From: a virus
Lineage: Duplodnaviria; Caudoviricetes
Length of the DNA stretch: 64,000 nucleotides
Reading direction: 5' to 3' (one strand)
IMG/VR virus record: IMGVR_UViG_3300031992_000012
Coordinates: 1 to 64,000 of that record
Positions 9,708 to 19,440 of the stretch are shown here, piece by piece. Every line of letters starts with the position of its first letter. Position 1 is the first letter of the stretch. The notes below the pieces were generated by a model. That model was not told the DNA's origin. It searched no databases and was given only the letters and a program-made list of their open reading frames with translations. A program made the translations under genes and the position numbers.

Positions 9708-11180
9708 ATGGGCAAGATAGCCATAGTAACAAACGCCTGCTACAAACAGACGCCTGGGTACATCAAGTACACAGACGAGCTTAAACGACGCTACTGCGAA
9801 AAATGGGGAATGTCCTATGAACGCACGGACGGAAACCCCCACCCCGGGATGCACGGCGTCTTTTGCAAGTTCCGAAACCTTATCAACGCCATGAAGAAGG
9901 GCTTCGACTGGATAGTATGGATGGACTGCGACGCCGCCCCTGTGACAATGGAGGCGGATTTGCCCGGCTGGCTGGATACCATGCCGCAGAAAGTCGTCAT
10001 GTTGAAGGACGCAATCGGGTGGAACGCCGGAGTCTTCGCTGTTCCCTGCTGCGACCGCGCCATGAAGTGGCTGGAGTGGCTGGACCGTCCGGAAAACCTC
10101 AAGAAGTTCGACAAGGGCTACCGCGACCAGGATGAGATGGCCCACACGTTCGCCACCAGCCATAGTGACTTCATCGTCGATGACGGATACGAGTTCGGAT
10201 TCAACAACTACGACGATTTGTACACGCATGGCAACAAGCCAAACCTGTTTGTAGACGGCAAGTCGTGGTGTCTGCATATACCTGGCTACAACGAGACATA
10301 CCGCGAGGACCGTTTCCGTAACATAATAAGGAAACTTGACGGACTTGGTCCCTTTACTTCCGTTAACAAGAATGACCTGGAAGGGAAGACAGTCTCCGAC
10401 TACATAAAGGAAGGCGCAAAGAGCATACTCGTCAAATACCCCCACGGGCTAGGCGACCTTATCATGTTCTATCCTCACTTCAAGGCCTTCTGCGAGCAGC
10501 ACAAGGAATGCCGTATAGACCTTCAGCCTGCCGACGCCTTCAAGTCACTTCTACCAAAGACGGACAATGAGATGGCCTACGAGGTTTCAATACAGTTCCC
10601 CGCCCGTTTCAACGAGCGCACTTCCAAGCTGATGGAATACACCAAGCCGGAGTGCAACGTCAAGTTCGACCTTGGTGCCGAGTACAATCCGGAACTCGAT
10701 TATACGGAGCCTCTTGTGAAACCCGTTAAAGGGCATGAGCGTGCACCGTTCGTCGGGGTAAACTTCTTCTGCACTCACTTCCCGGCGGAGGGGAACTGTC
10801 CGGAGGCGGTTGCTAGGACAATATGGGACGAATTGCTGGCAAACGGGTTCATCCCGTTTGAGCTGTTCATCCCGAAAATACGCAGGGTGGAAAACATCAA
10901 ATACCCGTTCGTCCGAACCACTATGCGTGATATCGGGCCCGGCATAGACAGGATGATGAACGTGATGGCGTCGTTAAGGGGACTAGCCGCCGTGTCGACC
11001 GGCACATGGCATTACGGGATGGCGGCCTATCCGGAGACTACCCTATACTTGCAAAAAGCCTTCAAGGTGACATCTTATACGCGCAAACCAGCCCTCGTCC
11101 TGGACGTGAACAAGCCAGACACGGCGGTCCTGAACGAGTGGATTGAACGACTTAAGAATGCATCTGAAAAGGAAAAGTAA
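9708..11180 (+). CDS. Two-domain glycosyltransferase: GT34 (GMA12/MNN10-like) plus GT9-like
   Basis: N-half has WIVWMDCDA (DxD), WNAGVF and DQD; C-half has SILVKYPHGLGDLIMF (GT9 GLGD motif). Confidence 0.75.
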   Translation: MGKIAIVTNACYKQTPGYIKYTDELKRRYCEKWGMSYERTDGNPHPGMHGVFCKFRNLINAMKKGFDWIVWMDCDAAPVTMEADLPGWLDTMPQKVVMLKDAIGWNAGVFAVPCCDRAMKWLEWLDRPENLKKFDKGYRDQDEMAHTFATSHSDFIVDDGYEFGFNNYDDLYTHGNKPNLFVDGKSWCLHIPGYNETYREDRFRNIIRKLDGLGPFTSVNKNDLEGKTVSDYIKEGAKSILVKYPHGLGDLIMFYPHFKAFCEQHKECRIDLQPADAFKSLLPKTDNEMAYEVSIQFPARFNERTSKLMEYTKPECNVKFDLGAEYNPELDYTEPLVKPVKGHERAPFVGVNFFCTHFPAEGNCPEAVARTIWDELLANGFIPFELFIPKIRRVENIKYPFVRTTMRDIGPGIDRMMNVMASLRGLAAVSTGTWHYGMAAYPETTLYLQKAFKVTSYTRKPALVLDVNKPDTAVLNEWIERLKNASEKEK

Positions 11181-12449
11181 ATGGCTGACGAAGAAAAGGA
11201 AGTGACGTCTAGCGCAATCGTGTCCGAGGGCTCGCCCGCATCCAGCCCGGTCGAGTCCGGGGAGCCCAAACCGCCGTCGTTCGTGTTCCCGGAGTTCCCA
11301 CCTACTCAATATGGGCCTGACGGGGTTCAGTATGACTTCTGCTACGGCGTGCGTATAAAGACCCCGAAGGGAATGCCCCGCAAACTGCATCTTATTGTGA
11401 TGGACCAGGATAGTGGAAATGTCATCTACGACGGACCCCTCAAGGACGATGGGTGGCTGAACTGTTCCAAAAAGTATTTTATTAGATACAAGATAATGTT
11501 TGGCGAGGAGGAGACCCACAAGATAATCTATGAACACTCCCTCTCGCTCAAGGGCGAGGACGTTCTTGTCCAGATGCCCTACCATGGGGCGGTTGGTGAC
11601 AGCATAGCCTGGTTCTCCTACATCGAGCGTTTCCAGAAAAAGCATGAATGCATCTGCCATGTGGTCTTGCCACCACACATAAGGGAGTTGTTCGAGAAGC
11701 AGTACCCCGACCTGGTATTCGAGACCTTCGAGAGCGCCAAGGACGTCCGTCCGTACGCGAGCTACTACCTCGGCCTCTTCTTTAAGGGGGACGTAGATTG
11801 GCAGCCGTACGACTTCCGGTTGCTTTCCCTTGCCCGGCAGGCAGGTGAGATATTGGGTGTTGAGGATACTACGGAAATACCCCCAAGACTTTCTTTTGGT
11901 GAACGAACTATACAAGAGCCTTATGTCTGTATAGCGTCACAGGCGTCTGCCCATGCCAAGCATTGGTGCAATCCTCACGGATGGCGTGTTCTTATACAGT
12001 GGTTAAAGGAACAGGGGTACCGTGTTCTCTGTATAGATAAAGACACAGAGGTAGGTTGCGGTGACGTGTGGCACCATATCCCCTTTGGCTGCGAGGACTT
12101 TACCGGAAACAGACCGCTGCAGGAAAGGGCGAACCTGATTCATTATGCGAGTGCTTTCATCGGGTTGTCCTCTGGTCTGTCTTGGCTGGCCTGGTGCTGC
12201 AACGTCCCGATTGTCCTCATCTCCGGAATCTGCATGCCGTTCGGCGAGTTCCAGACACCTTACCGTGTACAGACAAGGCACACCTGCCACGGCTGCTGGA
12301 ACGACACGCGCTATGAGTTCGACCACAAGGACTTCATGTGGTGTCCAGTTCATAAGGACTCGCCCAGGGCGTATGAGTGTACCAAGGCCATTTCTCCTGA
12401 TATGGTAATTTCAGCATTAAAGAAAATACCCGGTTTTATAAAGACATGA
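11181..12449 (+). CDS. Autotransporter O-heptosyltransferase family protein (Aah/TibC-like)
   Basis: PTQYGPDGVQYDF, GAVGDSIAWF, KHWCNPHGW, FIGLSSGLSWLAW, and four-Cys iron-finger CHGCWND...WCP...EC. Confidence 0.9.
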   Translation: MADEEKEVTSSAIVSEGSPASSPVESGEPKPPSFVFPEFPPTQYGPDGVQYDFCYGVRIKTPKGMPRKLHLIVMDQDSGNVIYDGPLKDDGWLNCSKKYFIRYKIMFGEEETHKIIYEHSLSLKGEDVLVQMPYHGAVGDSIAWFSYIERFQKKHECICHVVLPPHIRELFEKQYPDLVFETFESAKDVRPYASYYLGLFFKGDVDWQPYDFRLLSLARQAGEILGVEDTTEIPPRLSFGERTIQEPYVCIASQASAHAKHWCNPHGWRVLIQWLKEQGYRVLCIDKDTEVGCGDVWHHIPFGCEDFTGNRPLQERANLIHYASAFIGLSSGLSWLAWCCNVPIVLISGICMPFGEFQTPYRVQTRHTCHGCWNDTRYEFDHKDFMWCPVHKDSPRAYECTKAISPDMVISALKKIPGFIKT

Positions 12450-12453
12450 TGAA

Positions 12454-15400
12454 ATGACGTACGCTTGGCTAGACAGCACAAACCATTATCTCCTCGTTGA
12501 CGACAGCGGGGCGCCTCTAATCTCCTCTGAGTGTCCTTGCGGTTCTACCGCTACCTGCTGGCAGCGATATGAGGCGTCCTGCGTTGATTACTACGGCAGC
12601 CCTGTTTACGGAAACAGCGGTACCGGCAAGACTTCAGAGGCCCACTGGGCAGCTCCGGTGATGGTTGACTGGTCGTGCGGGGGGAAGACTCTCCCCGGCG
12701 TAGCTGTAACTAACGCCTGGGTGCAGGACGCCCCTGGTTTCGCCCACATATGGATAAAGGCTGATATAGGACAGGACGTTCCCAAGAGCGAATGCCCCGC
12801 CAAGTGTTCTGTCCCGACAACAGTTCCGCAACCCGACCTGCCGTGTTCCTGCCAGCCGGTGTGGACAAACGTGAACCACCCCGTGAATGCCGCCAACTAT
12901 TCTTATGTCGTAAGGAAATGGAAGTTCCTTGGATGGGATGTCGGTCCAAACGGGTCGACGTATGTAGACTCTGCTATTCTGCCTATATGGGAATATTCAA
13001 GTTTTGCTTCCAAGTATGACAAAGTGACAGGAAGCCGTTACAGCTCCAACAAGAGCTGGTTCTTCCTGGGCAATTACGTTAAGGGCAGTCTGGATGGTCC
13101 GCAGAGTTTCTGCGGGGAGAGCGCCGTCGAGCAGTCGGCATATAAGAGTTTTCAGGATACCGGGTCGTATCTGGTTTACAGCGTTCGCTCAGCGTCCGGT
13201 GCCAGTGGTGTGTTCGTCAGATTGCCCAATGAGAGCATCTGGGCGCAGCGAAACGGCAGTGACGCATGGATTGAGGACGGCAAGCTGTTCGTCGTTTCCT
13301 CCATGTACAAGGACCCGGACGCAGGGACGTCGACTACAAGCTGCTGCGTTTCCGAGCTGGATACAGCGGAAATAACAACGTCCTGGGTTACATACTCGCG
13401 TGTCCATGAAATGCCTTTTTACACGAGCTTCAACTCCGAGCAGTGGGGGCACATGAGCGTGGATGTCACCACGACTGACGAGCACTTGCACCCCTTCATT
13501 GTCCGGGAGGCCAGGGGGGCGCAAGTCCCCAGGGATGAAATCGACATAACTACAACGCAGTTCGTCACCGGTCGCTATGAGGGCAGCCCTCTATGGTATT
13601 ACAGGACATATGTGACTACCGACTGGGATATTCCACAGCTTAATTGGGACAACTGGAAGTTCGTCATGTCGAGTGAAGGGCAGAATGTGTCGTCGCTTAC
13701 GGCCTATGTGCGTGCGCCTGGTGTGTTCTGTCCGCAATATTGGTTTCTTTATATAACGGAGGCCTGGCAGGCTTGCGTTACCGATACCGACCCTCGTGTC
13801 ATTCCTTTCACAGAGCCCGGGACAGGCACGCCCTGCGCACCCGGTGTTGCGTGCGCTGCCCCTACCTACATGCTTAATGTGGCGGATGACGGTAGATACG
13901 CTCCACCGCCTTATTGGACATCCTACGAACCTACTGAGACAGCGTGGAAGCATGAGGTTGACGAGTCACTCGACCAGAACGGGGAGTACCAAATTGTTCC
14001 CGGTCTTAGAACAATGAACTCCAACACGGATGAGCACGCCTACAAGGTAAGTCGTCTGTCCATAAAGAACTATCCGACTTGGTACGGTTCCGATGTAAAG
14101 TGCGCCTCTGTTCTTGATGGTGCCGCTTGGGAAATACCGAAGATGGACCTGTCCGATGCGGCTTGGTTTAGACGCGGTGGGTGCTATGGGATACCTGAGA
14201 AACGGGAGTGGCCTGATGTGTTCGACACCAGGGCCTACACATCCTGCTCCTGTGCTTTTACAGGCATAGGTTCTGTGACTCCCATATCCGTAATAGAAGC
14301 AGGGAGACCTGCAACTTGGTATTACAAGACTATAGGCTTTCAACAGAACTTATATCAGCAGCAAGACGGTGGCTGGGTATTGCCCCTTGATTATGTTGTC
14401 CAGCTTGGACACGGTTGTCCCGAAAATAGATGGAGCGGTATGCTTTTTCAGACAGGGTACGAGGTGGAGAGCTGCTGCGTAACTTCCGGTGGCGCCTCTG
14501 AATGGGTTGTAACTCCGGGTTCTACCTGGATTAATGTGTATGAGAGCTACCAGGGGCGGGACAATAGATGGGATTGGGGTTTACCGGCAGGTTCGTTTAC
14601 TTGGTTAGGCAACGTTCCGAACTCTGCTATGTATTGCTCCGGTTATGTGACGAGCAATCCGGTCATATATGCAATGGGGAGTGAAGGTGACAGTATAATA
14701 GAGAGCTCTGCCAACCATGTAAAACGTGGATATAGGTCTGCACCTGGCGTATGGCAGTTTGAAATTGCCAAGAGTCCATGTGACCCAGCGTCGTGTGACG
14801 CAGGCATATCCGCCATAGCCAAGTACGCTATCAAATACAATATTGAGGTTATAGACAAGGACAACTGCCCGATCTGCAATACCCTTAAACAAGGAGACGT
14901 TGTTTCTGTAACAGCATGGTATTCTGGTGGTTATCATAAGATAGTCCGTAATGTCGTGGAGGAAACATGGCAGCATGTTAGGGTGGCGGGGGATGTTTTT
15001 TTCCCGAACATGGATGCCACGGGAGAGGTCAGTTCAGGGTATATGGACGGAGATTACGCCGATACGAATATAATTAATGTCTCGTATTCCCTTGAGTGGT
15101 ACGGAGACGCTGTTTTTACATGGGGAGAGGGAACATCAAGTAACATTGCGTTGAGTGGTGCGCACGTAACGAAGGTGTGGGTCATTAACAACAATCGCTC
15201 TACAGAGTATTCATATGACTTGGTAGAGGATACTTTTGTTGAATCAGGACCACCTGACCCTGATACAGGCGAAGTACCGTATTACACCTCCGGGGGTCGA
15301 ATATATAAGAACATAACAAACTCTTACGTCTCGGCCGACGGGCAGCCGGTTATACAAGCAACAACGGCCACGGTTTATGTTGGCGTTGCAACTAAACAGA

Positions 15401-16014
15401 ATGATGATGGGGTGTGTGCTGTTGACGTAACCGCAGTAGACGACATGTATTTTCACGACGATTACATGGATGAGATTAATGCTCCGGGATTGCCTTGGCC
15501 AGGCGTCTATAATTATTCCAGTGAATGGGCTCCAGCCGGCGGTGCATACAATATATCCGTGTGGGGAAATGTAGATTTTTCCGGATATGTAGATGACGGT
15601 GGGAGTGACGGTCGTTACGGCTCAATGTATTGGCATTCGTATATTAATTCGTGGGGAAATACATACAGTAGCCGTGCCTATTCGTTTGGTGATTATGGAT
15701 ACAAGTCATTGACAGATATGAACAGGACGTGGGAATGGGAATACAGACCTGAGCTATTATACCCGTGCTATGCAAGATATGTTGGGGTGGACGTTCTTGA
15801 CTCTGTGCCATACATGATGCTGAGTTCTGCGTCTATAAATAACGCCAGTTGTGCTTTGGAGTCTGGATATAATAGCGGGTCGTGCTACGCGTCTTGGCAG
15901 AGTACGGTAAACAAAGCTCAAGGCAACACATTGTTTATGTCCTACGCGTGGGAGTGGAATACAGAGCTGTCTCGGGGAGTTGGAGTGAATCCTGACTTGG
16001 TTATGGGCAACTAA
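12454..16014 (+). CDS. Large Cys/Trp/Tyr/Ser/Thr-rich protein (putative virion surface or adhesin-like)
   Basis: 1186 aa with many CxC/CC/CxxC motifs and a lower-GC C-terminal half; sits among the glycosyltransferase genes. Confidence 0.65.
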   Translation: MTYAWLDSTNHYLLVDDSGAPLISSECPCGSTATCWQRYEASCVDYYGSPVYGNSGTGKTSEAHWAAPVMVDWSCGGKTLPGVAVTNAWVQDAPGFAHIWIKADIGQDVPKSECPAKCSVPTTVPQPDLPCSCQPVWTNVNHPVNAANYSYVVRKWKFLGWDVGPNGSTYVDSAILPIWEYSSFASKYDKVTGSRYSSNKSWFFLGNYVKGSLDGPQSFCGESAVEQSAYKSFQDTGSYLVYSVRSASGASGVFVRLPNESIWAQRNGSDAWIEDGKLFVVSSMYKDPDAGTSTTSCCVSELDTAEITTSWVTYSRVHEMPFYTSFNSEQWGHMSVDVTTTDEHLHPFIVREARGAQVPRDEIDITTTQFVTGRYEGSPLWYYRTYVTTDWDIPQLNWDNWKFVMSSEGQNVSSLTAYVRAPGVFCPQYWFLYITEAWQACVTDTDPRVIPFTEPGTGTPCAPGVACAAPTYMLNVADDGRYAPPPYWTSYEPTETAWKHEVDESLDQNGEYQIVPGLRTMNSNTDEHAYKVSRLSIKNYPTWYGSDVKCASVLDGAAWEIPKMDLSDAAWFRRGGCYGIPEKREWPDVFDTRAYTSCSCAFTGIGSVTPISVIEAGRPATWYYKTIGFQQNLYQQQDGGWVLPLDYVVQLGHGCPENRWSGMLFQTGYEVESCCVTSGGASEWVVTPGSTWINVYESYQGRDNRWDWGLPAGSFTWLGNVPNSAMYCSGYVTSNPVIYAMGSEGDSIIESSANHVKRGYRSAPGVWQFEIAKSPCDPASCDAGISAIAKYAIKYNIEVIDKDNCPICNTLKQGDVVSVTAWYSGGYHKIVRNVVEETWQHVRVAGDVFFPNMDATGEVSSGYMDGDYADTNIINVSYSLEWYGDAVFTWGEGTSSNIALSGAHVTKVWVINNNRSTEYSYDLVEDTFVESGPPDPDTGEVPYYTSGGRIYKNITNSYVSADGQPVIQATTATVYVGVATKQNDDGVCAVDVTAVDDMYFHDDYMDEINAPGLPWPGVYNYSSEWAPAGGAYNISVWGNVDFSGYVDDGGSDGRYGSMYWHSYINSWGNTYSSRAYSFGDYGYKSLTDMNRTWEWEYRPELLYPCYARYVGVDVLDSVPYMMLSSASINNASCALESGYNSGSCYASWQSTVNKAQGNTLFMSYAWEWNTELSRGVGVNPDLVMGN

Positions 16015-16018
16015 AAAA

Positions 16019-16729
16019 ATGGCGTGTTCTTGTAAAACAGCGAAAACAGAATCCAAGGGCGTTGTCGCGCCTGTTCCTGAACTTCCACATGAAGTGCTGC
16101 CGGGCGAATCGTGCATCTTCTGCGCGGACAAGCATGTGTCCACGGCCTATACGATGCTGCTGTCCGGGGAGCCCCTCTACGCTCTTACCGGGGAACTGGA
16201 GCTCGCAAGGCGTCATACGGTAATCGAGTTCCAGGACGTTTCCCGTGAGATAGCGCTGCTGGAATACAAGGCGCTTCTCCACGACGAGAAAGGCGTAAGA
16301 GCCTCCATAGAGGACGTGGTAAAGAAGACGGCCGAGACCGCCCTTGACAACGACCCGGATGCCAGAAAGGAGGGGGAGCAGTATGTTATAGACTCTGCGG
16401 ACGAAATAGTCCACAACCCCTTCATCGGGGCCCTCCACTATTACGCCGCATGGCGGCTCGCCTTCGAGGTAGGATACATGATGCCCAACCGCTCCATGAT
16501 AATAGGCGACCTCGACCTGGCGAGGGAGCACTTGGTCCGCTTCGACTACGGGCTGAACACCGTCATGCGGGACCTGCGCCACAGGGTGCAGACCATAAGG
16601 GCGGCCGACCTTCACATATACTGGCCATACACGGCCCAGGGGATAGACAAGCTGTTGACAGCGAATTTGCCGGAGTATATCGAGAGGTATTCCGGAGGAC
16701 TTGGAAAGAGAATAGGAATAGATGGATGA
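16019..16729 (+). CDS. Hypothetical protein, CxxCxxKH...GEL..A..H family (duplicated domain)
   Basis: SCIFCADKH...GELELARRH, with a second repeat ...GDLDLAREH. Confidence 0.7.
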   Translation: MACSCKTAKTESKGVVAPVPELPHEVLPGESCIFCADKHVSTAYTMLLSGEPLYALTGELELARRHTVIEFQDVSREIALLEYKALLHDEKGVRASIEDVVKKTAETALDNDPDARKEGEQYVIDSADEIVHNPFIGALHYYAAWRLAFEVGYMMPNRSMIIGDLDLAREHLVRFDYGLNTVMRDLRHRVQTIRAADLHIYWPYTAQGIDKLLTANLPEYIERYSGGLGKRIGIDG

Positions 16730-17615
16730 AAAGTACAGATTCCAGTCGATGAACTGCCGCGAGTGCGTCCTTAAGCATCTCGCGCTGGCGATATCGCTGG
16801 GCAAGGAGATTCTCGACGGCCATGGCAAGGACAAAAGCCCGGACCACAGGCCAGACTTCCTAGGCGAGCTCGTGAACGCCGAGCATCACATGGCGATTGT
16901 CATGCCCGACATGCTAAAGGAGCTGAGGGGCATCCGCGTCGACAAGATTGAGAAGAACGAATACACCCCGACTCCGTTCGACCTGGACCTTCTCCGCCAG
17001 ATGTGGGTGGGTCTGGACGCCCAGTTCAATCTGGATGTCGAGCGCGAGATGCGCGGGGACCTTCCGGAACTGGAGACATTAGGAGGGCCTATCGAGCTTC
17101 CGGAAAGCCTCGGCTTGGATGGACTGCCGGTAAAAGGCGTTCGTTTTCCGGTTCTTGTAGACAAGGCTTGCTGGAACGAGGAAAAGCTTAAGACTCTCCG
17201 CTCCCTGTTTGCCCGATACGCAAGTTTCTATGACGGCGTGTACACGTCCTTCGACGACATAGACACGGACACGGACGGATACATCTGGTACATTCCGAGC
17301 AACGTCTATCCGATAAACACCATCGACCTTCGCAACGACTTCTGCAATCCGGTCAGGGGAAAGAGCAACTGGGAGCAGGTAATGACATTCAGGAACAAGG
17401 ATTTGGCCAAGTTCCTCGAGTTAAACAAGAACGCTTCGTTCAGCACGAAGATTGACCTGCTGGAACCGGTTGTCACAGTAACGGAAAGCCTGCGAACCCG
17501 CATCGTCGACATAAAGGAGCGTCCCTGCTGCTCCGTAACACGTAAATTGCAGGTGTCGTCCTTCGTCCGTCCTCTTACAAAGGAGGCGATGGACTGGGTA
17601 ATCAGCAGAATATAA
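16722..17615 (+). CDS. Hypothetical protein, paralogous CxxCxxKH domain plus C-terminal domain
   Basis: NCRECVLKH...GELVNAEHH. Confidence 0.7.
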   Translation: MDEKYRFQSMNCRECVLKHLALAISLGKEILDGHGKDKSPDHRPDFLGELVNAEHHMAIVMPDMLKELRGIRVDKIEKNEYTPTPFDLDLLRQMWVGLDAQFNLDVEREMRGDLPELETLGGPIELPESLGLDGLPVKGVRFPVLVDKACWNEEKLKTLRSLFARYASFYDGVYTSFDDIDTDTDGYIWYIPSNVYPINTIDLRNDFCNPVRGKSNWEQVMTFRNKDLAKFLELNKNASFSTKIDLLEPVVTVTESLRTRIVDIKERPCCSVTRKLQVSSFVRPLTKEAMDWVISRI

Positions 17616-17626
17616 CAGGAAATATC

Positions 17627-18040
17627 ATGGGCATGCTTTCAAACAACGTGCAGAAAGGTGTTCTCCGCACAGAGGAGAACAAGAACCCGAAGAATGGTGA
17701 GGAGAAGGTCTACCACAAGCTTTTCCTTGAGGCGGACGACAACCTCCACTTCGTGTACGGCCTGCCACAGGCCGGCTGGTACATGTTCACCGAATCGGAA
17801 ATTCGTCGGAACTTCAATGAGCCAGTCAACGTCTCGACGTTCAAGGGTTTCCAGACAGGGCTTCTCCATCTCTTCATTCTCGGCAAGGCCTGCGCAATCA
17901 CAAGGGTCCAGCTCGACGAGAACGAGTACAAGACAGTCCGTCTTTCCCTGAGCCTTCTTCGCAGGGCCCGTGAACGCGCCGACAAGAATGTCGAGGACAA
18001 GGTGAAACCCGGTATTCTCGATGTACTTAACATGTTCTAA
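17627..18040 (+). CDS. Hypothetical protein
   Basis: ORF with AGGA RBS and codon usage typical of this genome. Confidence 0.65.
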   Translation: MGMLSNNVQKGVLRTEENKNPKNGEEKVYHKLFLEADDNLHFVYGLPQAGWYMFTESEIRRNFNEPVNVSTFKGFQTGLLHLFILGKACAITRVQLDENEYKTVRLSLSLLRRARERADKNVEDKVKPGILDVLNMF

Positions 18041-18063
18041 GACAAAGGGTTGAAAAGGGAGCA

Positions 18064-19440
18064 ATGCAGAGGTTTTCCGAACCGGTCAACATGGTCTTCC
18101 CCAGGCAGGACGAGCCGTCAAGCCAGGAGAAGCCAGTTGAGCAGACCAGCGAGGCGTGGAGCGCATCCCCGCTTCTTTGCGTATCCAACAGCATAAGGGT
18201 GGACGCCCTGGCGCAGTCGTGCGCCAATGGTCCCGCCCCCAGGATAATAAGGCGGTTCACGCAGGACGGAAAACCAGGCTCCGGCGACCCGTCGAAATTC
18301 GAGCACGCGTTCGCAATAAAAGACCCCTCCGGCCTCCAGTACGACTTCAGGGAGGGGCCCCGTCTCTTTGTCCCGCCGGACATGCTCGGCGACTACGAGG
18401 TCGAGTTCCAGGATTACGAGACAGGCTTCGTCCATTTCAGGACAGTCCTGAGAGCAGGCGAGAGCGTGGCGTCTCCGAAACGCTGGTACATCCCCTGGAG
18501 GATATTTGTGAAAAAAGACGGGAAGACAGTGTTTGACCACTGTCTTGACCTCAACAACCGCGAGGTCTGCATCCATATCCCCAACGGCGGACTGGGCGAC
18601 TCAATCGCATGGTTCTCCTACGCGGAACCGTTCATGCTCAAGCACAACTGCAAGCTGACGGTCTGCATGGACCTGGAGAGAAGCAGATTGTTCAGGGGCC
18701 AGTATCCGGCGTTTGGCTGGGGGCAGGAGCATGCCTGGAAGACGACTCCTTACTACGCCGTCTACCACATGGGGATATTTTCCCCCGACAATGAGAACTG
18801 CAGTCAGCCGGAGGACTTCAGGATGAAGGGGCTGCACCACAACGCCGCCGCCATCCTAGGACTGCCGGAGAAGGACAACCCGCCACGGGTGGGCGTGTCG
18901 TGGAATCCGGTGAAAGGCGACGGCAGATACGTCTGCATAGCCTCCAGGGCGTCGGCAAGATGCAAGGAATGGCTCAACCCGGCCGGATGGCCCTCCCTTG
19001 TCTCGTGGCTCAAGGACAAGGGCTACAAGGTCATAGACATAGACAAGGAGTTCCTGCGTGGTTATGACGTAATTCCATACGGAGCCGACAATTGCACGGG
19101 CTCGGCGGACTTGCTTGAAAGGGCCAAGATGATTGCGGGCGCCTCGTTCTTCATCGGCGTGTCATCCGGCTTGTCCTGGCTGGCGTGGTGCTGCGGAACA
19201 CCTGTGGTGCTCATTTCCGGCTGGACGCTCCCGTATACGGAGTTCAGCACGCCATACCGTGTCATAAACAGGCAGGTATGCCACGGGTGCTGGAACGACA
19301 TGCGGGAGCAGTTCGACCACTATGACGGCGACTACTGCCCCAGGCACAAGGGGACGCCCAGGGAGCACGAATGCTCTCTGGCGATATCCGCAGAGCAGGT
19401 TATTAATGTAATAAACAGGATGCCGGATTTCGGGAAATGA
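18064..19440 (+). CDS. Second Aah/TibC-like O-heptosyltransferase
   Basis: GLQYDF, GGLGDSIAWF, KEWLNPAGW, FIGVSSGLSWLAW, CHGCWND...YCP...EC. Confidence 0.9.
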   Translation: MQRFSEPVNMVFPRQDEPSSQEKPVEQTSEAWSASPLLCVSNSIRVDALAQSCANGPAPRIIRRFTQDGKPGSGDPSKFEHAFAIKDPSGLQYDFREGPRLFVPPDMLGDYEVEFQDYETGFVHFRTVLRAGESVASPKRWYIPWRIFVKKDGKTVFDHCLDLNNREVCIHIPNGGLGDSIAWFSYAEPFMLKHNCKLTVCMDLERSRLFRGQYPAFGWGQEHAWKTTPYYAVYHMGIFSPDNENCSQPEDFRMKGLHHNAAAILGLPEKDNPPRVGVSWNPVKGDGRYVCIASRASARCKEWLNPAGWPSLVSWLKDKGYKVIDIDKEFLRGYDVIPYGADNCTGSADLLERAKMIAGASFFIGVSSGLSWLAWCCGTPVVLISGWTLPYTEFSTPYRVINRQVCHGCWNDMREQFDHYDGDYCPRHKGTPREHECSLAISAEQVINVINRMPDFGK

